64,000 nucleotides of DNA, from NCBI GenBank assembly GCA_039794265.1, contig JBDIVR010000006.1, forward strand, positions 7,573 through 71,572, in the 5' to 3' direction. The stretch's first letter is position 1. Each line of letters opens with the position of its first letter. This document shows, piece after piece, positions 46,762-54,920 of this stretch. The notes under the pieces were generated by a model. The model saw nothing but the letters and a program-made list of their open reading frames with translations, did no database searches and was not told the DNA's origin. Made by a program: the position numbers and the translations under genes. This DNA is from Myxococcota bacterium. GTDB lineage: Bacteria; Myxococcota_A; UBA9160; PR03.

Positions 46762-47193
46762 CTACCTTCCCTTTGTCAGACATTCGAAAGTGATGCCATG
46801 CCTGCGCTGAAGAGGTGCGCAGGCCCGCCCGCGGATGGGACCGACTTCACAGTGCGCAGAGGAACCACCCAGGTCGGACAGACACTTGCAGAGGTCTTCC
46901 TGCCGCGAGAGCCACTGTGCAACTGAAGTGGAATAGAGCGGACCGAGGACGGCCAGCGGCTGGGAGGCGAACCGCTCCGACGACTTGACGGCGTCTGCGG
47001 CGCTGAGGAAGGCAGCCACACTTTCGTCGAGTTGGACCGCGGTCGCCTCGATAGCCTTCAGAATCGCGTTGGCATGCTGCGAATAGCTTGGCAAGTCAGC
47101 GGTGACGCCGAGGCAGTAGTTGACCTGCGCTTGGGCGGGGACAGCAGCGAAGCCTACGAGAACGAGGAGGGCCAGGAAGAGTTGGATCATCAT
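46762..47193 (-). CDS. hypothetical secreted protein (143 aa)
   Basis: ATG 47193. Signal peptide MMIQLFLALLVLVGFAAVPAQA, five Cys. No family recognised. Confidence 0.45.
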   Translation of the reverse strand: MMIQLFLALLVLVGFAAVPAQAQVNYCLGVTADLPSYSQHANAILKAIEATAVQLDESVAAFLSAADAVKSSERFASQPLAVLGPLYSTSVAQWLSRQEDLCKCLSDLGGSSAHCEVGPIRGRACAPLQRRHGITFECLTKGR

Positions 47194-47413
47194 GGTCGTA
47201 GACGCCGACGAATCGCTCTTGGATTCAACGATCGCCAGCGCGGTCCGACCGAGACAACCCAAACGGCCGAAACCCGCGGCCAGCAGCCATTGGCGGCATG
47301 CTAGCCGTCGCGCTTTCCGGAGGGTGAGATGGGCAAGACCGGCCAGGATGTCCTCCACGATGCATCGGCCGGGTTTGGGTAGCTGTGGCGGATGAAGCGA
47401 TTCGCCGACGGCG

Positions 47414-47509
47414 GTGCGCCGGTTCCCCGATCACGTCATCTATCTCGAATTGTCCGATCGTCTCCAGATTCTGGCGGTCGCGCACAATCCCCAACGATCG
47501 GGTTGCTGG
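47414..47509 (+). pseudogene. possible ParE/RelE-type toxin C-terminal remnant
   Basis: RRFPDHVIYLELSDRLQILAVAHNPQRSGCW fits the toxin C-terminal pattern (R..(h)IYxxxxDxhxILxVxHxxR). It is preceded by an in-frame TGA, with only fragments upstream. Confidence 0.3.
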
Positions 47510-47553
47510 GTAGGTCGCGTCGCGTCATGGGCTCTCTTCGCGCCGGCTAGCCG

Positions 47554-47772
47554 CTATTGTGCCGCACCGTCCTCGGCCTTCCGCCGAGCGAGGTATGAAC
47601 GAAGCGCCTTGTTCACGGATTCGCGCGTCGGGAACTCGGCGGCAACGTCGGGACCAAGGACGACGACGTTGGAGCCTTGCTTGAAGCGTTCGGCGTACTT
47701 TCCGCGGATGCCGCCGGAGAAGTCATACTCGTCGCGCATTTCGAGCGATTCGGAACGGTCACTCTTGCTCAT
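47554..47772 (-). CDS. brnA: BrnA-type antitoxin (72 aa)
   Basis: ATG 47772 overlaps the brnT stop. ...EMRDEYDFSGGIRGKYAERFKQGSNVVVLGPDVAAEFPTRESVNKALRSYL is the typical partner of DUF497/BrnT toxins. Confidence 0.7.
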   Translation of the reverse strand: MSKSDRSESLEMRDEYDFSGGIRGKYAERFKQGSNVVVLGPDVAAEFPTRESVNKALRSYLARRKAEDGAAQ

Positions 47773-48032
47773 AGGATCGTCTCTCGCTTCGCGTTGCGAG
47801 CCTTGCGCTGATGAGCCGAATGAACTCACCGCGTTCTGCGTGGACAACGACGACGACGCGCCCCAAGGACGCCTGGCCGATCAGGATGTACCGATCCTCG
47901 TCATCCGACGCGTCGGGATCGAGGATAGTGCTCGAGAGCGGACCTCCCAAAGCCGTGGCGAACCTCGTCGAAGGAGACGCCGTGCTTCTCGAGATCGATC
48001 GCAGCCTTCTCGCGATCCCATTCGAAGTTCAT
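47759..48032 (-). pseudogene. brnT: BrnT (DUF497) ribonuclease toxin gene with a frameshift
   Basis: The N-terminal half MNFEWDREKAAIDLEKHGVSFDE is in the frame of ORF 47901..48119. The C-terminal half (FATAL)GGPLSSTILDPDASDDEDRYILIGQASLGRVVVVVHAERGEFIRLISARLATRSERRSY is in the frame of ORF 47759..47950. The shift is near 47960..47966. Confidence 0.7.
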
Positions 48033-48115
48033 GGATGCGCGGTCTTGGACGATCCAGCCGGCGGCTTCGAGGGCCGCGTCAAGCTGAGTGCGGGCTTGCT
48101 GCTCCGGCGTCGGAC

Positions 48116-49477
48116 TCATTCCCTTGCCCTCTCGGCCAGGAAGTAGCGCCGCTTCGGATCCTGTGGTCCGGTTCCGATCTCACGGACCAGTCCGCGGCCG
48201 ACCAGGCGGGCGAGCCGAGTGCGCGTGGCGCGGGGCGTCAGAGCGATCGCCACGGCGATCTCGCTCGTCAGTCGCCCCTTGCCTCGGGCGAGGCTCGCCA
48301 GGATCGCCTCGTCCGTCTCGTCGAGAGTCGGACGGGTCACGCGCCCGGTGGCGAGCGTCACGCGGAAGCGCGTCGCCAGTTCTTCGAAGACGGGCGCGGC
48401 CAGCCCGGACTCGACGCAAGCCGCAGTCATGCGCTGGATTCCGCTGCCCCACTGCTCGATCAGGCCGAGCGCATGGAAGACGCGGCCGATCACCCGGTTG
48501 CGAAGCTTCGAGACGCCTCGCGGGAGGTCCTCGACCGTGAGCCCGAAGGGCAGGAGACCGGGATTCTCGATCTCGAGGCGGTCGTCGAAGATCGCCAGGC
48601 GCAGAGGGGCACCGCGCTGCGCGTAGTCGCCATGCGCAACCGCGTTGACGATTGCTTCCCGTACCGCGACGGGCGGCAGGCTCCAGCGCTCCTTGCGGTG
48701 TACGCGTCCGATGTCGGCGCCCCGCAGGATGTGCTTCTCCACGAAGGTGACGGCCTCTTCGATCGCGCGGACCGGGAGCGAGCGGATCTCCGCGTGGTCG
48801 ACGATGCGGCTCCGGTCCGTCCCGGCGAAGCGGCCGGTCTGGATCCAGGCGTCCGGGAAATACCGCCCGCGCTCCGTACCGAAAAGGATCATGCCGCCGA
48901 CGGTCGGAACCTTGCAACCCTGGTGGTCGCTGAGGAGCCGGAGCGTCTCGAGATCGCGGCGAGCGAGCTTGCGCGCGGGCGCAAAGAACTCGGAAGCCGC
49001 TCGGAAGTCCAGGGCTTCCGAGTCGAGTTCCGGCATCGGCTGCTCGTCGAACGCCTCACCCGAGCGAAGCGCCGAAGCTCCCCGACCATGTCGGCATCCG
49101 CCCGCCGGTTCGTCGAGCCCACGCGGACGTAGACGCCGCGATCCGATCCCTCGCCGATGAGGGAGCGGGTTGGACGGCACTCGGATACACCTGAACGGCG
49201 AGAACCTGTGTGCGCCGCCACCGAAGGATCTCCACCTCCGGCACGATCCGCGGAGAGATCCGGTCGCTGATCCAGTTGACGAGCCGTTCCTCGAGATCGA
49301 GCGGCTCCGGAACGCCGCGAACATGACGGCTTCGGTCCTCCACGCCCACGATCAGCGTTCCGCCGGCCGCATTGGCGAATGCCACGATCGTCCTGAGGGC
49401 GCCGGCAGGAGAGGAAAAGCGCGCTTGAACTCGAGCGTCTTTCCCTCCGGGCGCTCGAGAATCTCGACGAGGTCCAT
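48116..49477 (-). pseudogene. AlbA_2/Schlafen-type 'divergent AAA' ATP-binding regulator (RecG-like annotation family) with >=3 frameshifts
   Basis: The gene is read in four frames. MDLVEILERPEGKTLEFKRA (from 49477) / FSSPAGALRTIVAFANAAGGTLIVGVEDRS... (ORF 49056..49385) / ...GVYVRVGSTNRRADADMVGELRR (ORF 48889..49221) / FDEQPMPELD...REAIVNAVAHGDY...LIEQWGSGIQRM...wHTH (ORF 48116..49324). Confidence 0.75.
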
Positions 49478-49512
49478 GACCTCGGAAGTCTACTCGGAAG
49501 CTGGCTGCAGGA

Positions 49513-49740
49513 TCAAGCCTTGGAGTCGACTGCTGGAGAGGACCTGCGTCGCAAGGACTCGAGCAACTCCGCGCCGCCGTCCCTCGACATGGGCGTCTGC
49601 ATCGGGTTCGCCGCCGCGCCGATCTCCTCGCTCACGTCCCGAAGACCCACCGCGACACCAGTACGCACTCGGGACGAACGCGGACCGCAATTGCAATCGT
49701 CGAGGGACGTCGTGTCCTGTCGACACCCGGAGCCTGATGG
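49513..49740 (-). pseudogene. possible tyrosine-recombinase C-terminal remnant (weak)
   Basis: The minus frame gives ...GVAVGLRDVSEEIGAAANPMQTPMSRDGGAELLESL. This loosely matches the integrase C-terminus (GVxLxxVSExLGHxxxxxTxxxYxH) with the catalytic His/Tyr lost. Upstream similarity needs frame changes. Confidence 0.2.
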
Positions 49741-49743
49741 GTG

Positions 49744-50220
49744 TCATGCCGCTGCCTTCCGCTTCTTGACGACGACCGAGACTTTGCAGCCCAGGACGTG
49801 GAGCAGCGCGATCATCTGATTGAGCGACTTCGTGGTGTTCGTGGAATCCAACAACCGATAGAGCTGCGCAAGCGAGGTCCCCAGACGACGCGCAATCTCG
49901 CGCCGGCTGAGCCCGCTTTGCTCGATACACTCTCGCGCTTGGACCGTGAGCTCGTGGAGGAGCAGCTCGCTCATCGCGTGGGGATCCTGGTTGTACTCGA
50001 GCACGGCATCGACGTGCACCGAGCCTTCCGCACCGGATTCGAGCACATACGTGAAGGCTTCCTTGGCAAGCTCCTTGTCCGGATAGGCGTCGCGAACTCG
50101 GTTGGCGGAGGTGGGCCGGGGAGAGAGCTGCGAGAAGGGCAGAGGGAAGATCGTGCCGTTGGCGACGACGACCTCTAGCTGCGCCTTGCGCTGGTTGACG
50201 ATGACGCGTCGAATCTTCAA
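49744..50220 (-). CDS. DUF2442-like / XRE-type HTH protein (158 aa)
   Basis: TTG 50220 overlaps the upstream TGA (TTGA). N-terminus KIRRVIVNQRKAQLEVVVANGTIFPLPFSQL, C-terminal HTH LSRREIARRLGTSLAQLYRLL. Confidence 0.6.
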   Translation of the reverse strand: MKIRRVIVNQRKAQLEVVVANGTIFPLPFSQLSPRPTSANRVRDAYPDKELAKEAFTYVLESGAEGSVHVDAVLEYNQDPHAMSELLLHELTVQARECIEQSGLSRREIARRLGTSLAQLYRLLDSTNTTKSLNQMIALLHVLGCKVSVVVKKRKAAA

Positions 50221-50411
50221 AGAGCGCCATCCTCCGGGAGCTTCTGGATGAACCGGAGAACCCGGGCAGTGGCCTTGCCCTTCATCGGAAGCCAGTTCTC
50301 GAGGTCCCACTTCACGTCGAGGTGGCCATCCCTGTAGACGTGCACATGACGCGAGGAGTGGTCTCCCTTTCAGGCGAGGAACACGAACCCGCCACGCCGG
50401 ATCTTGGGCAC
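50217..50411 (-). pseudogene. DUF4160-family gene with in-frame TGA
   Basis: GTG 50411. VPKIRRGGFVFLA-TGA-KGDHSSRHVHVYRDGHLDVKWDLENWLPMKGKATARVLRFIQKL..., with the stop at 50370..50372. DUF4160/DUF2442 pairs are a common two-gene module. Confidence 0.55.
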
Positions 50412-50562
50412 GGCTAGATGATACCACAGGAGGTAACGGTTGTCCTGCCGGGATCAGGGTGCCCGCGAGCCAAGGACTCTCGTGGCTTCGACACGACGGA
50501 CTCGTTCTTCAGCTGCCGCGGTCCGGCCGTCGAGGCCACCCCGGGGCAACCGAGTGCGGCGC

Positions 50563-51207
50563 TCAGACGGTGCCAGGCCCGATCGAAACGTCAGATGGGG
50601 CCTGGACCGCCGCAAGCCTTGCGCGGCCCGCGGCGAGCTCCTTGTACCAGATCAGCTGGATCTCATCTGGGAGGTCAGGATACGCGAACCGGCGGATGCT
50701 TCCGAGAACACAGCCCTGGCTCGCGTAGAACCGACACGCGGGGACGTTGATGTTCTGGGTTTCGACCTCGAGCCATCGGCAGCCGCGCGTGATTGCCCAG
50801 TCCATAGCCGCGCCGAAGAGCTTCGCGCCAAGGCCGCGCCGGCGGGCTCGAGGGGCGACCCGGAGGTCCCAGAGAACGGCGAGATCCTCGCGATCCTCGA
50901 GCATGACCAGCCCGGGGGTGCGGAAGGCGACTGCCGCACCCCCGATTCGCTCACCATCGAGTGTCGCCGAAAGCAAGCCCCAACTGGAAAGATCGAATCG
51001 GCCTGGCCATGCGGTGGGGTGATTCCCGGGGATCGCGTCGTAGTCCTTGACCAACTTCTGGCGAAGCGGGCGCTCGAAAAGCTCGAATCCACCGAGACCG
51101 CCGTTGCGGCTCGACAGTTCGAGGACGGTCCAAGCCTCGAATGCGATCGGGACCCGGGCGTACTTCTCTAGATCGGTCAGCGATTCTTCGCGGATATCAG
51201 TGCTCAT
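50563..51207 (-). CDS. GNAT-family N-acetyltransferase (resembles streptothricin-acetyltransferase-type GNATs)
   Basis: ATG 51207. ...LAVLWDLRVAPRARRRGLGAKLFGAAMDWAITRGCRWLEVETQNINVPACRFYASQGC... The subfamily resemblance is from memory and unverified. Confidence 0.78.
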   Translation of the reverse strand: MSTDIREESLTDLEKYARVPIAFEAWTVLELSSRNGGLGGFELFERPLRQKLVKDYDAIPGNHPTAWPGRFDLSSWGLLSATLDGERIGGAAVAFRTPGLVMLEDREDLAVLWDLRVAPRARRRGLGAKLFGAAMDWAITRGCRWLEVETQNINVPACRFYASQGCVLGSIRRFAYPDLPDEIQLIWYKELAAGRARLAAVQAPSDVSIGPGTV

Positions 51208-51283
51208 CCGGCCGTCCAACCACGACCAGGCGGTGCACCCAGACCCGTTCTGGATGCGAGCGCGTGGCGGAGAGTACCGAACG

Positions 51284-52921
51284 CTACCCCTCCCCCCCAG
51301 AAATCCGTTCCGCCCTCCCAGCCCACTCCCGCTCCCGCAACTTGAACTTCTGGATCTTCCCCGTCGAAGTCTTCGGCAGCTCGGTGAACTCGATCGACTT
51401 CGGGCATTTGAAGTGTGCGAGGCGCTCTCGGGTGAAGGCGATGAGATCCGCTTCGGTGACGCTCTCTCCGGGGCGGAGGGAGACGAAGGCTTTGGGGACT
51501 TCGCCCCACTTTTCGTGGGGCATCGAGACGACGGCGCATTCGAGGACGGCGGGGTGTTTGACCAGGGTGTGCTCGACTTCGATGGTGGAAATGTTCTCGC
51601 CGCCGGAGATGATGATGTCCTTCTTGCGGTCGCGCAGTTCGATGTAGCCGTCGGGGTGGACGACGCCGATGTCGCCGCTGTGGAACCAGCCGCCGGCGAA
51701 GGCCTGCGCGGTGGCTTCGTCGTCGCGGTAGTAGCCCTTCATGACGTTGTTGCCGCGCATGACGACTTCGCCGAGCGTCGTGGCGTCGGCCGGGACGTCG
51801 TGCATCTGGTCGTCGACGACGCGCAGGTGCGTCGCCACGTGGTACGGGACGCCCTGGCGCGACATGACGCGGGCCTTGGCTTCGACATCGAGGGTCTCCC
51901 ACTCGGGCTGGAGCTGGCAGTAGACGTGGGGGCCGTAGGTCTCGGTGAGTCCGTAGAGATGGATGACGCGAACGCCGAGCTGCTCCATGCGCGCCAGCAG
52001 CGTCGGCGACGGGGGCGCGCCGCCCGTGGCGACGCGCACCGGCGGGTCGAAGCGCACGCCCTGGGCGTCCGGGTGTTCGGCGAGCAGCAGCAGCACGGTG
52101 GGCGCGCCGTTGAAGTGCGTGACGCCGTGCTCCCGGATGAGGCGCAGGATCTCCGGCGGGTCGACCCTGCGCAGCAGGACGTGGCTGCCGCCGGCCGCGG
52201 TGACGGCCCACGGGAAGCACCAGCCGTTGCAGTGGAACAGCGGCAGCGTCCACAGATACACGGAATCGCGTTCGAGGCCGTGGACGACGATCTCGCCGAG
52301 CGCATTCAAGTACGCGCCGCGGTGCGTGTACATGACGCCCTTCGGGCGGCCGGTGGTGCCGGACGTGTAGTTGATCGAGGTGATCCGGTCCTCGTCGTCG
52401 AGATCGTTCCGGATCGGCAGCACGTCGGCGCCGTCGGCGAACTCGGCCCAGGTGGGGCCGTCGAGCGGCGTGCCGGTGACTCCCGCCACCGGGTCTTCGA
52501 GATTCACCAGCGTGGGCCGCTCCTTCAGCGACGCGGGGATCGCCGGCGCGAGCTCCGGATCGACGACGACGACCTTGGCGCCGGAGTGGTCGAGGATGTA
52601 GCCGACCTCCTCCGCCTGCAGCCGCGTGTTGATCGCGACGAGCGCGGCGTGGAGCTGGAGCACGGCGAAGTGGGCGGCCAGCAGCTCCGGCACGTTCGGC
52701 GCGAGGAACGCGACGCGGTCGCCGGGGCCGACGCCGGCGCGGCGCAGCGCGCCGGCCATGCGGCCGATCTCGACGCCGAACTCGGACCAGGTCCAGCGGC
52801 GCTCGCCGTACGCGACGGCGTGTTTGTCCGGGAAGACGCGCAGCGTGCGCTCGAGCAGCGTCAGCGGCGTCAGCGGGTCCCGGTTCGGGGCGGGGCGATC
52901 GCGGCGGTCGGGCGCGCTCAT
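51284..52921 (-). CDS. AMP-dependent acyl-CoA synthetase/ligase
   Basis: 545 aa. AMP-binding motifs YTSGTTGRPKGVMYTHRG, YGLTET, GWFHSGDIG, ISGGENIS, PKTSTGKIQK. Confidence 0.9.
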   Translation of the reverse strand: MSAPDRRDRPAPNRDPLTPLTLLERTLRVFPDKHAVAYGERRWTWSEFGVEIGRMAGALRRAGVGPGDRVAFLAPNVPELLAAHFAVLQLHAALVAINTRLQAEEVGYILDHSGAKVVVVDPELAPAIPASLKERPTLVNLEDPVAGVTGTPLDGPTWAEFADGADVLPIRNDLDDEDRITSINYTSGTTGRPKGVMYTHRGAYLNALGEIVVHGLERDSVYLWTLPLFHCNGWCFPWAVTAAGGSHVLLRRVDPPEILRLIREHGVTHFNGAPTVLLLLAEHPDAQGVRFDPPVRVATGGAPPSPTLLARMEQLGVRVIHLYGLTETYGPHVYCQLQPEWETLDVEAKARVMSRQGVPYHVATHLRVVDDQMHDVPADATTLGEVVMRGNNVMKGYYRDDEATAQAFAGGWFHSGDIGVVHPDGYIELRDRKKDIIISGGENISTIEVEHTLVKHPAVLECAVVSMPHEKWGEVPKAFVSLRPGESVTEADLIAFTRERLAHFKCPKSIEFTELPKTSTGKIQKFKLREREWAGRAERISGGEG

Positions 52922-52981
52922 GGGGCGGAATCATACCCGCCCGCGCCGGGTGCCGGAGCGCGGACGGGTCGATCCCGGCGG

Positions 52982-54841
52982 TCAGCGGCGCGCGGCCCGG
53001 CGCCTCCGGGTCGCCGCGGCGGCCAGCGCGCCCAGCGCCGCGAGGCCGCTCGCCCAGGTGCCCGGCTCCGGAACCAGGCGGTAGAGGTCGCCCCTCGCGT
53101 AGTCGATCGCGTACGCGCGCCCGCTGCCGTCCTCGCCGAACGACGAGAGGTACTCGATCTGGTCGATGATCTCGGAAGGCAGGTCCACCGCGACCAGGCC
53201 GCCGACGCCGTCGGGCTCGAGGGTGCGCAAGAAGCCCTGGCAGGGATCTCCGAAAAGGTACTTGCCGCGCAGCGCATCGACCGGGCCGCGGTGGACGAAG
53301 CCGCCGATCACCGAGCCGCTGCAGCCGAAGGCGAACGGATCGTGCTCGTAGTCGTGGACGGGCGGCGTGAGCGCCGGACTGCCGCAAGCCGGGGACGGCG
53401 CCGGGTTCGTCGGGTTGCACGCGCTGCCCTCTTCGACGTCCCAGCCGAAGTTCGGCCCGGCGCCGGCGAGCGCGGCAGCCGCGACGAAGTTGATCTCCTC
53501 GCGCATCGCCTCGCCGACGTCGCCGATCCACAGGTCGCCCAGCTCGCGGTCGAAGCTGAAGCGCCACGGGTTGCGCAGCCCGCTCGCCCACAGCTCGAGC
53601 CCGGCCGGCGCCGGCAGCGCGACCGTCGGGCACTGCGCCGCCGCCGCGACGATCACCGGACTCGCCGCGAGCACCGCCGGATCGAGTCGCAGGATCTTGC
53701 CGAGCGGCGACGCCGGGTTCTGCGCGCAGTTCCAGGGGTCGTAGCCCTGCCAACCGCCGCCGTCGCCGATGCCGACGTAGAGCGCGCCGTCCGGACCGAA
53801 CGCGAGCGACCCGCCGTTGTGGTAGCCCTCGAAGGCCTCGGGGTCACCGGCCGGCGGGCCGGGCTTCGGGATCGAGAGCAGCACGGTGCCGTCCGGGTTC
53901 GCGACGTTCGGATCCCCCGACACCGCGTGGCGTGCGATCGTGATCCGCCCCGGTCCGTCCGGGTCCGCGGGATCCGGCGCGACGTAGTGGATGTAGAACG
54001 CACCGCTCGTCGCATAGTCCGGCGCGAACGCGAGGCCGAGGAGTCCGCGCTCGTCGAACGGATCGTCGAACTCGAATGCGACCTCCACCTCGATGAAGGT
54101 CGTCGCGACCGTATTGGCGGGCGCGTCGGCCGGACGGACCCGGACACGGCCGAAGCGCGTCCCGTCGAGCAGCGCGCGCGACATCTGCTCGACGACGAAG
54201 ATCCGCGAGTCGCCGGCCGGCGCCGTCACGAAGACCGGTTTCTCGAAGTCCGTGAAGCCCTCGTTCAGGAGGTGCAGCGAGACGGGCGGCGCCCCGTCGA
54301 GCGAGGCCAAACTGAAGGTCCCGATCGTACTGGCGAGGCCGGGCTCCTTCCACGCGCCCGCCGTCGCCACGATGCCGCCGTTGACGCGCGTGCGGATCCA
54401 GCCGAGCGTGATCGATGTGATGAGGACGGGGCTCGTCTCGCCGGCGTCGAGCGTCTCGGTGTCGCTGAAGCGGAACACCTGGTTCGAGTCGGCGACGCCG
54501 CCGTAGGTCGGGATCGGCGCCGAGGGGTCCCCGCTCGGCAGGTAGCTGGCCTGGTTGCCCGGCACGTTCCGGCCGGCGACGACCTGGTAGAGCGGAGCCG
54601 ATCCCGGGTTCAGCGTCACGCGATAGAGGAGCGCGTCCCGAAGCTCGAGCGGAACGCAGCCGGAGAGGCTGATGCACTCCGGCGTCCCGATCGCCTCGGC
54701 CGGCGACACCGGCAGGAGCGAGCCCGACACGCCGTCGAACTCGAACGGCAGCGGCGCCGCGAGCGTGAAGCGCTCGGCGGCGGCGGGGAGAGCCAGGCCG
54801 GCGAAGGCGATGGCCACGAAGACCGCGCGGGATCGGTGCAT
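52982..54841 (-). CDS. PQQ-type sugar (sorbosone/glucose) dehydrogenase-like beta-propeller with PEP-CTERM anchor
   Basis: GAGGAGG plus ATG 54841 and a signal peptide. An unknown ~200-aa N-domain, then GLLGLAFAPDY, HNGGSLAFGPDGALYVGIGDGG, ASGLRNPWRFSFD, NFGWDVEEG. C-terminal VPEPGTWASGLAALGALAAAATRRRRAARR. Confidence 0.85.
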   Translation of the reverse strand: MHRSRAVFVAIAFAGLALPAAAERFTLAAPLPFEFDGVSGSLLPVSPAEAIGTPECISLSGCVPLELRDALLYRVTLNPGSAPLYQVVAGRNVPGNQASYLPSGDPSAPIPTYGGVADSNQVFRFSDTETLDAGETSPVLITSITLGWIRTRVNGGIVATAGAWKEPGLASTIGTFSLASLDGAPPVSLHLLNEGFTDFEKPVFVTAPAGDSRIFVVEQMSRALLDGTRFGRVRVRPADAPANTVATTFIEVEVAFEFDDPFDERGLLGLAFAPDYATSGAFYIHYVAPDPADPDGPGRITIARHAVSGDPNVANPDGTVLLSIPKPGPPAGDPEAFEGYHNGGSLAFGPDGALYVGIGDGGGWQGYDPWNCAQNPASPLGKILRLDPAVLAASPVIVAAAAQCPTVALPAPAGLELWASGLRNPWRFSFDRELGDLWIGDVGEAMREEINFVAAAALAGAGPNFGWDVEEGSACNPTNPAPSPACGSPALTPPVHDYEHDPFAFGCSGSVIGGFVHRGPVDALRGKYLFGDPCQGFLRTLEPDGVGGLVAVDLPSEIIDQIEYLSSFGEDGSGRAYAIDYARGDLYRLVPEPGTWASGLAALGALAAAATRRRRAARR

Positions 54842-54870
54842 GGGGACCTCCTCGGGCTGGAGGTCACTAT

Positions 54871-54890
54871 GGGGCGGGGGCGGGGGCGGG
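54871..54890 (+). other. G-quadruplex-forming motif
   Basis: GGGG-C-GGGGG-C-GGGGG-C-GGG: four G-runs with 1-nt loops, 30 nt upstream of the 54841 start codon on the opposite strand. A G8 run follows at 54915..54922. Confidence 0.5.
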
Positions 54891-54920
54891 CGGTATCCCC
54901 GGAGTTGGGGACACGGGGGG

